A program made the translations under genes and the position numbers. DNA of 64,000 nucleotides from Chrysemys picta bellii (Eukaryota). Shown here in pieces: positions 36,740 through 50,337 of this stretch; position 1 is the stretch's first letter; the number at the start of each line of letters is the position of its first letter. The stretch covers positions 75,516,001-75,580,000 of the forward strand of contig NC_088794.1 in assembly GCF_011386835.1 (NCBI RefSeq). The letters are read 5' to 3'. The notes below the pieces were generated by a model, which saw only the letters and a list, made by a program, of their open reading frames with translations, was not told the DNA's origin and did no database searches.

Positions 36740-36812
36740 CTCTTGGCAAGCAGGAGATGAAAAGGAGCTGGAGGAGTGCGAGTCCTATGTGAGTCCAGGG
36801 GGCTAGCTCCAT
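36740..36812 (-). CDS. PAMR1: PAMR1 coding exon 1 (signal peptide MELAPWTHIGLALLQLLFISCLPR + 1 nt)
   Basis: Reverse complement reads ATG GAG CTA GCC CCC TGG ... CCA AGA G|GTACTG. Strong Kozak context (GCAGCATGG). Matches my recollection of the human N-terminus MELGCWTQLGLTFLQLLLISSLPR. 73 nt, phase 1, joins exon 2 in frame (G+AA = Glu). Confidence 0.92.
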
Positions 36813-37010
36813 GCTGCCCAGGCCAATGCAACGGAGTGACTGCTTAGGGAGAGGGATAGCAGGCGAGCTGCTTTTACTGGGACCTCACCAAGTCCAGGCT
36901 GCGAGGCATCTCGGATTTCAGACCTCTGCTCACTCCCATCATCACCAGAGGGGAACTACCTTCAAGAGACTTCTCAGGCGTCCAGAAGCGCGACGTCACC
37001 CCAAACCTCT
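36813..37010 (-). promoter_or_regulatory. Putative PAMR1 5'UTR and proximal promoter
   Basis: Immediately upstream of the ATG with locally more CpGs. CRE-like TGACGTCG on the minus strand (36991-36998), TATA-like AGTAAAAG (36871-36878) and a CCAAT box (36823-36827). The TSS cannot be determined from sequence. Confidence 0.45.
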
Positions 37011-37396
37011 CCACTGCTGCATTAACCCTTTCTGGGCTCCAACAGCAACCCACTTAATGGAGCATATATGGGGTGGGGATCAATAAAGGGGAATAATGCC
37101 CACATTTAGACAGCATTTTTCATCTTCAAAGGGAAGAAATTATAAAGGAAAAAAAATCCTTTGTATGTCTTACCAGCTAGTGTAAATGAGCAGAAGGTGC
37201 CTGTATCCCCAGTAGGAGGTGCTCAGTGCAAGGTCCCTTTAATTGTGCAGGAGTTTGTGTGCTGGTGGAATGATGCACGTTAGTGAAAGGCTGGGCATGC
37301 TCTGTGCATGGGGAGAGCATTCCTACCATCCCCATCAGTGGCCAGGAATCCTCGCCATGTGAAATGTGCTGCTCAAGGATGCTTCTATCATAACAT

Positions 37397-37523
37397 AACC
37401 TGAAGCAGAGCTCTGTGTAGGCTTGAAAGTTTGTCTCTTTCACCAACAGAAGCTGGTCCAGTAAAAGATATTGGACCCATGTACTTTCTCTCCAACATCC
37501 TGAGACCAAGATGGCTACAACAC
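37397..37523 (+). mobile_element. Penelope-like terminal fragment, family B, with degenerate hammerhead (37400-37436)
   Basis: CUGAAGC A GAGCU-CUGUGUA-GGCUU GAAA GUUU GUCU. Homologous to 621-712, with an A9C change and a weakened stem I. Confidence 0.7.
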
Positions 37524-40500
37524 CAGCACTGTAACACACATTTTTATGCAGGGATCAAATAATGAATAAGGTTATTTAAAGATTTGTTACACTATGGCTA
37601 TAAAATGCAAAGTGCAAAAGGAATGGCTCAGAACACCTACCCTAGGGATGGTTGACAAACTTAGTTTTCTATTGGAAAATGTAGTTTTGTTGAAATCTAA
37701 ATATTTCAAGGGAACACATCAATTTTTTTGTTGCATTTTAATTTGGTTCAACTTTTATATTATGTTTTAATATTAGATTATATTTTATATTTATAATGCT
37801 TTGTATTATAGTATAATGTTTCAACATTATCAAAATGAAGTGTTCTGATGGTTCCAAACTGAAAATTTCTACTTTTTGTTCCCATTTAGAACAAAAGCTA
37901 ATTCAATGTTGGAATTTCCTGCTGCATGGAAATTCTCTTTTCTGACCAGCTCTACCATGCACCTACATCTCCCTATAAGGTCTCTAGGTAGGTTGGGCAA
38001 CTTCAAGAATCTCAGAGCAGTAGCCAGTGGCATGAACAACATGCCTCCATGACCCATCCCTCCCAACTATTTTCCTTACTGTCACAGAATCCTCCCCTAC
38101 TGGTGGCTCCTCATCTGCCCCCAGTCCCTGGCAGGAGGAAGAGCAGCTGTAGACTTGTGATAAAATCTAAGGAGTTGGCAACACAGTTTTTGATTTCACT
38201 TTGCAAAAGCGCATGCAAATATTGTTTTCTCAGTTTCGATCCTCATCAGTTTGAACTCCCAACACCGGTGGCTTCTTGTCCCACTTTGAACCCAAAATCT
38301 CCAAGAGCAGCCTGATTGGAAACACTAAGCTTCACCTGCTCTCACAATAGAGAAGTAGGAAATCAGAAATCTGACATACTTTAGATGCAAAACTCTAAAA
38401 AAGCCCAGGTTCATGAGCCTTATAGGGACCATGTCGCTGACCAGACCTGATTCCTGACTGCCAGCTCTGCCACTCCGGTCAGTAAACTAGTCATTCTCCT
38501 CTTTGTGTAAGAAAAAGAAAAAGGTCACTCAAAATAGCTGAAGGATCTTGGAAAGAATAGAACCTGGAGGTTTTTATCGGCTTGCAAAACAAAACAGCTC
38601 TAGTGTCTGTGGAAACATGAATAGCTTCTTTTATGCCCCTAGTTTATATGTTACTTGATGAAAGAATGTAACATAGGCAGTCTCGGTAAGAGAGAAACTG
38701 CAGGTTAGCTTACAGCTCCCTGAGGGGGTGTTCCACAAAGGTCTGAATAGAAACCTGCTCAGGCTACCGGGCAAGGGAACACTCCAGAGCATTAAAGGGT
38801 GCTGGATACAGGGAAGTGTAGAGTTAGATACTGGACAAGGGCCAATAACAAATGGAAGGAATTGAGAGGGGCCCACTAGTGTTCCTGTATTTGAGCCAAT
38901 TCCTGTGGCCCAAGTAAGAGCCGTGGCAGTCCTTGAACACAGCAGACGAGGGGTGGTTCCATTTTAAGGGGCATAGAATGTGGAGAGCAACTTTGCAGGG
39001 GCTCCTTGTGTCCTAGCATGGAAGACTATTTTCTGGGTGAGGTGGGCCAGAGCAGAGCAGGGCCAGTGGATCTGACTCTAGGCTCCATCCTGCAAAGTGC
39101 TAGTACTCCTCTGATGGGCTGAGAACCATTTGCTCCCATTGACTTTAGTGGGAGGTGAGGATGCTCAGGACTACTCAAGAGTGCTTAGCACCTCGCAGGA
39201 GGGACCCTCCATGTGGATCCACCACCATAACAGCCCTCCTCTGTCCCCAGAGAGTGGTTGGCGCAGCATCCAAAGAGTTGACTGCAGTCATGGACCCCAG
39301 AGACCTCCCAGTGCATGGCCCATTGACATGGGCCATATGTAAGATGAACCCTTGACCCAATGGCTCTAAACTGCTTACATAGTGTTCTTGAATATACTTC
39401 TTATGTCTCCATTGAGAGGCAGGGGATGAACTAGCCGATCACGCCAGCCAAATATTTCAGGCTGTATGTAACTCTTGCTGACAGAAAGCAAATAGCTGAA
39501 AACTCTGAGCTCTGTGTGCTGTGCTGCTCAGGAATCTCACTGTAGCACTTGGCTACAAACTTTATATCTGTCCTGGTGCTGCACATACACTGTACGGGTT
39601 TGAAAACTGCATGCCAGTCTGCAACTGAATTGTAAAACAGAGCGTGCAGGCATGGTGGTGTGAAAACTGCAGGCAACGTGTTATGACAGAAATTAGAGAG
39701 TAGCTACCCATCAATAATCCATCATTTTGTTCTGTGTTTGTACAGCACCTAGCACAGTGGTCCATGATGAGGACATCTAGGTGCTTCGGTACTACAAATA
39801 ATAATAATTAATAAGTGACTAATTAATGATTAAGGGATAATTTAAAAATAATTTGCCTTTCCATAGTGCTCTCCATCCAAAATTGTAAAAAGTGCTTTAC
39901 AAACATTGTGTATCCCAATCTGTGACGTGGATAAGGATTATCACTATTTTACAGCTGGGGAAACAGAGCAATGAAGTAACATCTTCCAAATACAACAGTG
40001 AGTGAGTGACAGAGCCAGGAAGAGAACCCAGGAGTCCAGATTCTTCGTCCTATAATCTAACCACTAAACACTGACTGTTGGGTATAGGTGAACTGATTTG
40101 AATAAAGTCAGATCAAACCTGAAACTAAGCCCATTTCACAGGCTGAGCCAGAAGAACAAAGCTTTTTCTGTTTTTTTAATGTTTAGTGAACTTTTTCTTT
40201 GTTCCCATTTCCACGTACCTCTGCAATCACTTGTTCTGTGTCAGCCCTGGAGTGCTGACATACCATAAGAGGGTCCATTCTTTTGTGACTTCCACCCCAG
40301 TCTTGCAGTCCAAAGCAATTTAGATGATCAAGATTTGAACGCTTGCCTAAACCAAGCATGTCAGTCTGAGATTTGCTCATCCCCAATACCACTGACCCGT
40401 TGTCTTATTTCTTTCAGCAGAGTTTGGTCCTGATTCTGCAGTTTTCTCTCAGGCAAGATGCCCATTAAAATCACTGGGAGTGTTTTCTGCTAAACAAAGA

Positions 40501-43279
40501 ATTTGAATACTTGCAGGCAAAACTTGAAGCCTGTAAAGTTTTGTTATGGGCGTCAGTGACAGCATGATCATGCCCACCTTGCACCGGTCAACACTGAAGA
40601 AACCATTCAAGGTAGAATGTAAAAGAAAATGAATTAGTCGAGATGCTGGAGTGGGTTTATATCTCAGAGTGGAAATTACATTCAAATGAAAATCAAGCCT
40701 GAGGCTTTAGGAGTAGCAGAAGCAACAGTTCAATGAAAGATTAACACTGTTTTATTCCTCCCCTCAAAATTTTATTGCTGGATGAGGGAACCCTTTCAGT
40801 GGAGAGGTTACGAAGTGTGTACCTTTAAAAGACAGCCTTTAAAAGAAATCCCAGACCTTACTGTAACATCAGAGGACTGTTTTATAAGTTACTCAGTGTA
40901 TTAAACTAAGGCCATGCTTTTCCCTTTGAGCTTCAAGTTCTACTATATGTGCCCATAATGCAATATCCAGCATTTATGAACTGCAATAGAATTTTATCAG
41001 CATTCCTCCAGAGGCAGCTAAAGGGGAGAGCTGTTTGCAGAGCTTTGTCTGGACTCAGTTGTATAGTCTATTCCCATCTCTGAGCAGGACCCTTATCCTC
41101 AGCAACAGAAATATTCCTCTTCGCAATCCAGGAGAGCCCGTGAGCCAGAATGGAAGTAACCAAAAGAACTGGAGACCATAAAATTGGCATTAATTATTGA
41201 CTTCAACCTGATGGGACTTATACCAATAATAATAGTGTTTTTATTTGTTAACATATTTATTCGGAAAATGGAGTCAGTTTAAAGTTTATGATTGCAATTA
41301 TATTTCTGGGCAGATGACCAGCAAAACAGGGTCAGACAAATGTAAATGCTTAATGGAATCTAACAAGCCATATGTTTCTTTCAATGTTATTTCATGGCTT
41401 TATTTGATTTTACTTTTAGTGATTCCTTCTGTGTTCTTCCTTTGTATACAGTATATGATGATCTTCACCATGGCAACCTGCAGTGAGAGAAGAAGGTGGG
41501 AGAAGTGATAGGCAATTACAAGACTAACTAATATCCAAGCCCCAACTATCAATCAACCAACCACTGACAGTACCAAGAGTCGAGCAGGCAAAGGCAAACT
41601 AGGCAGCTGCATATGGCAACAGATTTCTGGGCAGCTGCCCAGGGCAACAGATTTGGCCCAGCCACCCCACTGTCATGAGTAGTGTTGTGACCCAGTACAG
41701 CAGGTTGCAACACCACTCAATCAAATTTGGCCCAGCCACCCCTCTGTCATGACTCAAATTTCACCCAAGTCAATGGAAGTCTTTCTATTGGCTTCTGTGG
41801 GCTCAAGTTCAAGTTCATAAATTAAATTATCCATCTACGTAGTTATACTATACTTATCACTGATATTTTAGGCTCTGATCCAGCAAAGACTTAAGCGTGT
41901 GCTTATCTTTCAGCATGTGAATAGTCCCACTGAGTTCTTACAGATATGCATGTTAGTAAGTCTTTGAAAATTTAGGGCCTTAGCACCGAACTAAAATTCA
42001 GACAAATAACAGAACTCATCTTGCGATCCAATTGAAAGTTTCCTGCTTGTTACATACTTTCATGGGCTGAACTACATTCCTTCAGTCTCAAATGACATTG
42101 ATGATCATTATTGTTATTTATTGCAGCAGCACCCAGTGACAACAATCAGGGATCAGGCCCCCATATTAGGGGGCACTATACACACAGAGTAAAAAAAAAA
42201 AGATATTCCAGCAGACTGGACTTCCAGCTGGGAAAAAGCAGTAAAATGACACCAGCATCCCTTGCTGCTGTGGAGAGTGACAGGAATTTCTAAACAAGAC
42301 ATTCACTATTATTAGATATATGTATATCTTCTTTTTTAGTAAATATTTATGTAGCTGTCTGAAGGATCAGAAGTCATCACTGCAACTTCCTTTTAAAGGT
42401 TTGAAAACCCATGTGAAACAAAGTGAAAAACTTTGTCACTGAGGTGCAGCTCCCCGAGCTATTCAGTGGTGGGCAACTTGACAGAGAGGTTATTGATTTG
42501 TATTATTTTCAACGTATCTGTGCAGAAATAAGCATACAAAGAGTATCCGAGATCCCTGTTTTGTCCAGCTGGACTTCAATTTTACAAGTGGAGGAAGTAC
42601 AGAAAATAAATAGTCTATTTCCCATCATTCCATCTTGCCAAGGTTCCCACTTTTTTTTTCCAATGTCTTCTAGTTATTGCTCCATCTTTAAACCAGTTCC
42701 TCAGTGGTGGCACAGTGCGAAACTTCTGAAATCTATTCATACCACTGATTTCCACTACATTGTGACATACAACATTGCCCAAGAAAAAAGTCTGTCTGTG
42801 ACTAGCAAAATCATTCTCAGGAAGAATCCCCAAGAAACCATCCTTGGATCCAATGGAGCGTTTTCAGTCTCTCCTAGCAGTTCATTCACTATTTGTTGTC
42901 ATTTTCTCTAGTGGTTTTTGTAGCTGTACACAACTTCATAGTGCCTGTATGTCTTCTTTATCACAGCTCCAAAATTTGTTAGTTGCTGATACATGTTTCT
43001 ATTTCAGTTTTGTTCACTTTTTTAATCCAGTACAGCCTGATCCAAAGTGCATTGGAGTCAGTGGCAAGACTATCATCGACTTCAAAGGGCTTTGGATCAG
43101 GCCCATGAAAATTATGATTTGCAGCTGGTGTAAATCAGCATAGGCTCAACTGAAGTCAATGGGGCTATGCCAATTTGCACCACCTGAGTATCTGGGTCCG
43201 TGATACTCGAAATAATCAGGTAAATTACGTTTTGTAGTTATTGTAGGTATTTTGTGCTAATGTACTAGAATTCTTATAA

Positions 43280-43450
43280 TAGTCCATCCATTAAGTGTCA
43301 ATGGTTAGGAACAAATTTCCCAGGTGGGGCAGTTTTTCTATAACTGCCCAGTACGGGTTTTCTTGTATCTTTATATGAAGCATCTGATGCTGGCCACAGG
43401 ATGCTGGGTTGGATTGACTGATTTGATCCATTATTGAAATTCCTGTGTCA
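43280..43450 (+). mobile_element. CR1 3' UTR fragment
   Basis: GCATCTGATGCTGGCCAC...AGGATGCTGGG...TGATCCA...AATTCCTGTG resembles the CR1 tail at 21440-21530. Confidence 0.55.
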
Positions 43451-45094
43451 TGGGAGTCTCCAGATAGGTTTCCCATGCAACTTTTCTAATTAGTTTTTTT
43501 GAACAGAACAAAACAGATCTCTTTCCTCTGAGACAACTAGTTAGTGCCATCATTTTATTTATGTATTTATTTATTACAGTAACACCTAGAGGCCCAGACG
43601 CATATTAGCACCTTGATGTGGATAATGCAGACTAAATTGTGATGTAACTACCTGCTATAGTCACACAAATAGTAAAACAAATCATGGCAAATAATAAGCA
43701 CACACTGTATCCTCAATATTGGGATCTCTGAGCAAATTTCCTCCTGGCATCAACTGGAATTCCACACACAGAACAGGGTTATTACCCAGGCAAGGAGAGA
43801 GTGATAATTTCTGTCTTACTGAAAATAATTGTCCGCTTATGGGAGAAGCTTCTCTAATAGGAAGAACCAGCTATTAGTCAGTCCTAATTGGCAACCTCAC
43901 CTGTTCTTCCATTCCTGGTTTCCCCATGCAGTTCTACCACTACACCTCAATCTTAACCTGCCACAGTCCCTAATATTCAAGTTCTGGCTCTTCCATCTTC
44001 AAACACCAGCTGTCTTACCAAATTGTATGGGTTTGCATGGGTAGAAAAAAGTCCTATCCTAGTCAATGAAACAGATTTAAGATCTGTACACTCACATCCA
44101 CGGCACAAAAGCCCAGTTGCACTAATGTAATTTGCCACTGACAATTAGGTGAAATTTTTGTGTGAGTAAAGCACACAGAGGGTCACATTGTCAGCTGGTC
44201 TAAAACAGCATAAATTTATTGGCGCCAATAATGCTATGCTGATTTACACCAACTGAGGATCTGGCCCTCAGTGTTTGGGGCTTGCCAATAAACTTCTGCT
44301 ATTTCTACCTCATTTGTTAACCTGCTGCAACTGCTCCAGATGAAATGCTCTACAGTCTGCTAGAAAATACCATCATCCAAACTGAGCTGCATGTGCCACA
44401 GAGTAAACGGGTCAGAGGGAATGCTAATGTCCAGGGCATAGAGTTCTGCGTATTCATGGACATCTGGTTCGTATGTTGTGCTATAGCATCACCTTCCTTC
44501 ATGCGATCCGACAGCACTTCCTTTTAAAACCCCTGCTTCCAAACTTTGATAAAACAGCTGTAAAAAGCAAGCAGAAAGAATTGGCTCTAGTTACTGCATT
44601 AGCCTCCAAAAAATTGGTGGGGGGAGTTTTCCCCATTAGACGGATGTCAAGCAAACAGGTTTATCAGTTTAAGATTCTTTTATAAGGTCACCATGCTCAG
44701 TATGTGTGAAAACATGAAATTTGGCAGGCAATAAGTTCATAACATGATCTAATCATACTTGGTATTTAAAGGGGGGGGAAATAAGGAAACTGGCTGAAAG
44801 ATGATGGTTTCCAAATTGACGACCGAGCAAACACTCTAACTTTCTCTATGGAAATCTCATTAGAAGAACAATTTTTCAGAACCCTTCCAGATTTTCTCCT
44901 TTCAAAATATTTTTGTATTAATGAAAGTGTTGACTGATAATCCTGGATAAAGCTCCCAGCGCACCTCAGTCCTGACCCAGTATCCCCTGCTATTCTAGCA
45001 CTGGATTCCCACACAGTTCTGCCAATAAGCCTCAGCCCTGACTTGTAATTCCCCTACTCTTCTGAACCTACGGTTCATAGTTCTGATGATGCAC

Positions 45095-46480
45095 ATAGGA
45101 ACATAAGAACAGTTGACTGGATCAGACTGCAGGTCCATCTAGTCCAGTATCCTATCTCCTACAGTGCAGCACCAGGGGCTTCAGAGGAAAGGGTAAGAAT
45201 CCTGCAGGTGGCAGAGGCCACCATCCATGCCATTTCAGCCACAGTGCTATTTTTAGTTTGAGTAGAGCTAGCCTGTGTCTGTCTAGTCCCGCTGTGAAGC
45301 AGTCTCCCAGCTGCTGTGTACCTATACCCTAATAATTAAGAGATTGGCATAAGCCCTGAAGCATGACGGTTAATATCCCTTCCAAAAAATTTTAGCATTA
45401 ACGATTATAACTATGGATATTCTTATTATCCAGATAAGATATAAATGTCCAATTGCTTTTTTTGGTTCTTGCTAAATTCTAGGCCTCAGTGACAGCAATG
45501 GTGAGGCCTCATCTGACAATCAGTTCCATAGTCTGATAACACACTGTGTGGAAACATATTTGCTTTTATCAGGTTTGAATTTGGCACCTTTAATATCCCA
45601 TAATGCCCCCTTGTTCTTATGGTTCAAGGCAGAGAAAACAGAAACTCCTGATCTGCCTTCTAGACCATTCATTATTTGATATACTTGTATTATGCCCTCT
45701 CTAAGTCAGCTCCTTTCTTACACAATTTTAATCTTTTCAATCACATTTCATATGAGAGGGTTTTAATGCCCTTAATCATTCTCATGGCCCTTTTTTGAAC
45801 CCCTTCTTGTTCTGCAATAGCCGTTTGAGATGGGATGACTCGTACTGTATGCAGCATTCCAAGTGAGCTATTGTTTTATATAAAGGCATTTTAATATTTT
45901 CCATGTTGTTCTCTGTCTCATTCCTTATGCATCCTAACATCATCTTTGCTTTTTTTGACTGCAGCTACACCCTGAGCAGAGTTCTTCATTGAGTGAAGTG
46001 AGACCCAGTTCCTTTTCCTGAGTTGATATAGTTAATTCAGAGGAGTAGTAGTTTAATTTTTTTCCTCCAGTGTTAACATTGAACTCCATCTGCCTTGTAC
46101 TGACCATTCACCTCTCTGAAGTTCCTCACAGTCCTCTCTGGACTCAACTTATCTAAATAATGTTGTGTCATCTGCACGTTTTGCTACCTCACAGCTCACC
46201 CCCCCCCTTTTTCCAGATCATTCACAAATATATTAAACTTCACTGGGCCTCGTATGCAATCTTCAGGCACCTTACTGTGCCCAAGGCATCGCCTGTGAGG
46301 AAAATTGTCATTTAGTCCTATTCTTTCTTTTCTGTGTTTTAGCCAGTTTTTGATCCATGACAACTTTGCCTCTTTACCTCTGACTACTTAGATTCCTTAA
46401 TAGCCTCTTATGAGGGACTTTGTCGGAGGCCTTATGAAAGTATAAATAAATTATATCACCCCCCTCTCCTTTACCCACTG
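45095..46480 (-). mobile_element. CR1 LINE 3' portion, degenerate
   Basis: Begins with the reverse complement of a CR1 3' end (CATAGGAACATAAGAAC...GGTCCATCTAGTCCAGTATCC). Reversed RT-region motifs follow (GTCATCTGCA; TTGTCGGAGGCCTTATGAAAGT). A probable Harbinger MITE ends at ~45329. Confidence 0.75.
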
Positions 46481-47959
46481 CTTTAATTATATGTGCACTT
46501 CAGTTCTGATCTGTGATAGCCATTGCAATTCTAAATCTAGGGCTCCTCACAACTCTCCGAATGTACTTCAATTCTGACCAGCAACATGTCCTGCTATTCT
46601 AATTATGGACACTGCGCAAACACCAGCACATGCATAGCTCTGCCCGTGTACCTCCATCTTGAGTTGTATTATCACCTGCTATTCCAGTACTGGGCTCATT
46701 TATTCAGACTGTAAACCCTTCAGAGCGGAACCATCTTTTATTCTAAATGTACAGTGCTTAGCACAATGGACCCCATGTTACCATAATACAAATAATAATG
46801 TAACACACAGCTTCACTAGTGTACCTCAATCCCGACCCCTCTTATACCCTGCTGTTCTAATTCTGGGCTCCCTTGCAGCTCTCCTAATGCACTTAAATTT
46901 TGACCTGAAGCACTCCCTCTTCTACTTCTGATACCAGTTCAAATAATTCTCCCAATGTCTGCTGTGACACAAATGTCACTGCAAAGTCCTTGCAGTCACA
47001 GCTGGACTCACAATTCTTTTCTGATACATTCGTGCAGTCCTTTTGTAAATGTCCAAGCACTGTGCATGGATCCCAATTCAAGATCATTATAAAATGGCAG
47101 CATTTTTATATCAAGAGAATTCACATAACAAACACAAATTAGCAGTTTCACTGTCATTTGATAGTGACTCATCTTCCCAAAAAGCTTTGGCAACCTGACA
47201 AAGGGCAAACATTTAGGAAAAGGGAATATTTTTCCAGTATGAGTAAAATGCTCAATAATATAAATATTAACTCCCTAGAGGCCACTGGCCACCAGTATCT
47301 AATTTCATCTGCCAAGAAAATACATTGTTGTTTCTTTTATTACTCTGAAGCTCCTCAGGAAAAAGAATGTACTGGGGAAGTTTAGTCTGTAGACAGTGGA
47401 TTTCCCTTGTATAGCACTCACCTTTCCTATATTTTCTCTTTAACCCTTATGCAACTGACTAATACTTAGATGTTCAAAGTTTTCTGGTTTGAGGCTGGGT
47501 CATTGGGGTGTACACAATGAGCAAGTTTCCTTTAGCTTTTATGAACTGTCTCTATTCTATTCCTCTTATTTGCAGTGAGATCCTGTAGGAGTTCCTTGTG
47601 GTAACAGAACTAAATAACTACTGATACCGTGAGACAACTAGCCCCACAGAACATTCTCATGAATATTTCTGCTCTAGACCCCCATCCCGTGAAGCATAAG
47701 TATTTAAAAAGCACTTATGCATGTGCTTAACTTCAGTTGGACTTAAGCACATGCTTTCCTGAATAAAGATGGATTTAAGCATTGCTTAAGTGCCTTAGCC
47801 TTCCAGAACTGTCACACTGTCCAATAGGGAATTCCATAGGGATCCTTCATGACCAAGATTTGCTTTTAATAGGTTTGTTGAATGTAAGGTTTACATAAAT
47901 TCAGATGTCTTAAGAATTGTAATTGGCTTATATTTTTAAGAACAAACCTTGGTATAAGG

Positions 47960-48579
47960 CAGGGGTAGATGTCTCTGCGTGCCACTGGCAAGGGGGAGGT
48001 GGCTCCGTGTGCTGCCCCGCCCCCAGCACCGTGCTCATGGCACGGAAACTGGCCAATGGGAGCTGTGGGGGCGATGCTTGTGGGCACAGGCAGCGCATGG
48101 AGACCCACTGCCCCCCTCCCAAGGGGCACGCAGAGACATGCCAGCAGCAGCCGGCCACAGCCGCTTCTGGGAGCGGCGTGGGGCCATGGCATGCAGGCAG
48201 CCCGTCTGAGCCCCGCTGCACCACTGGCCGGGATCCACCTGTGGTAAGTGCCTCCCAGCCAGAGCCTGCACCTCGCACCCCCTCTCACACCTCAACCTGC
48301 TGCCCCAGGTCAGAACCCCCTCCTGCACCCAAACTCCCTCCCAGAGCTCACACCCCCTCCTATATTCCAATCCCCTGCACCAAACTCCCTCCCAGAGCCC
48401 ACATCCCTCACCCTCTCCTGCACCCCAACACTGTGCACCAGCCCGGAGCTCCCTCCTGCACCCATACTCCCTCCCAGACCCCACGCCCCCTCCATTACTG
48501 TAGTAGAAATGTGCGGCCCATGACAACTTACCAAAATTCGTGATGTGGCCCTCCCTGCGAAAATTATTGCCCACCCCTG
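47960..48579. mobile_element. GC-rich hAT non-autonomous element
   Basis: Perfect TSD GTATAAGG (47952-47959, 48580-48587). Right end reads CAGGGGTGGGCAA on the minus strand; the left end matches only 7 bp. Tandem CAAACTCCCTCCCAGAGC units inside. Confidence 0.88.
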
Positions 48580-49521
48580 GTATAAGGTGTCAATGGGAAT
48601 AGCAGCTGCTTATTGCTATCCTCGGGTTTTCTATAGGGCCCATCTTGTAGCATCTAAGCATGTATTCCAAGGCTGAATCTGACCCAACCCAACACATTTT
48701 AAACATAACTCTCCTTGTCTATGCTAAGGAAAAAATCCTGATTAACATCATGTTAGTTATAACTGTTACAGCAATATTGTCTTTAATTAAATGATCACAT
48801 GCTATTTTCCCACTGCACACTATTCAAACCTTTCTCAGAAGACAGAATTATTAATTTCCTTGTGACTTTTTATGGCACTCATCACCACAGTACCTGAGTG
48901 CTTCAAAAATATTAGTGAATTAATTTTCACAACACCCCTATGAGATGAGGAAGTATTATTATTGTCTCCATTTACAGATGGGTAGCTCAGGCACAGAGAC
49001 ATTAAGGGCATAAGTGTCCACTAATTTTAGTTACCCAATCTGAGACGCCTCAGGACTCTTTTCTTTTCCAAAAGTATTTTGACATTGTATAGCACTTTGA
49101 TCCCTTTATATGTTCAAAGTACAGCTCCCTTTGACTTTAGTTGTAGCTGTAACTGGTCAGCGCTTCTGCAAATCAAGACTCCAGGGTCTCAGATCAGGCA
49201 AAATTAGTCACCACCTGTGAAGTTTGGTTTAGTGACTTGCTTGGAATCACAGAGGAACTCTGTGGCAGAGGTAGGGATAGAATCCAATTCTCCAGGGCAG
49301 CATTCAACTGCCTTAATCATGAGACCATCCCTTCTCTCCTGAAAGCCTGTCTTTAATTCGCAACACACTTCCCATCTTCTTCAAAAAATGAAGCTGTGAG
49401 CCTACAGACAACAGCTTCTTTCACTACATAACCCTAACTCATCCCCACAGAAGGTCCATCCTATGCACCTAGTGAGGCAGAGGTCCTGTAGAAAAAATAG
49501 TATGTGATCATGTAATTAAAG

Positions 49522-50337
49522 AAAGTAGTGGAGAACTTTGAATACCTGGGTAGTGTCATATCCAGTGATGGATCACTGGATAATGAGATCAACGCACGAA
49601 TATCCAAAGCAAGCCAGGCACTTGGCTGTCTGCGTGTCAAAGTTTTAAATCACCACAACATCCGGATGTCAACAAAACTGCTTGTGTACAGAGCTGTTGT
49701 TCTTTCATCTCTTTTGTACGGGTGCGAAACATGGATACTATATAGGTGTCACATCAAGCAGCTCGAAGCATTTCACATGCGCTGCCTCCGCAACATCATG
49801 AAGATCCGCTGGCAAGACAAAGTGCCCAATCTCGAGGTCCTCGAGAGAGCCCAGATGACAAGCATCGAAATGATGATCATGAAGTCACAGCTACGTTGGA
49901 TCGGTCATGTTAGTCGCATAGATGCCAACAGAATCCCCCGTCAGCTTCTGTATGGTGAGCTCTCCCAGGGCATCCGGCATATAGCTCGTCCACGGAAACA
50001 TTACAAGGACACCATCAAAGCCAATCTGCAGTACAGCAGTATCAAACCTAGGGACCTTGAGGACGCCGCCAGCGACAGAACACAGTGGCATGCAACAGTC
50101 AGAAATAACTGCATCACCTTTGAGGAAGACCATTGCCGGCGTCTACAAGAGGCACGCGAATGACGTCACAGAGCATCAGCAGTGCACAATCCACTGACCG
50201 CGAACTTCCCATGCACCATCTGCAGCAAAATGTGCACCTCTAGAATTGGCTTGTACAGTCATCAGAGGGCACACCATGAGACCAACAATAGATGATCTGC
50301 ACAGATTTGTCATCATCGGATCGATGGACTACCAAGA
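49522..50337 (+). mobile_element. RTE-clade LINE, 5'-truncated 3' end (RT C-terminus, C2H2-like zinc finger, 3' UTR)
   Basis: ORF 49528-50163 has the RTE motifs FEYLGS, VYRAVVLSSLLYGCETW, LRWIGHVSR and PRQLLYGEL. After one in-frame TGA (50161-50163) the frame continues to CTICSKMCTSRIGLYSHQRAH and stops at 50293-50295. Confidence 0.93.

Noticed and set aside
42423-42911. 162-aa + strand ORF
   Set aside because: Non-ATG start and no motif; no support as a gene.
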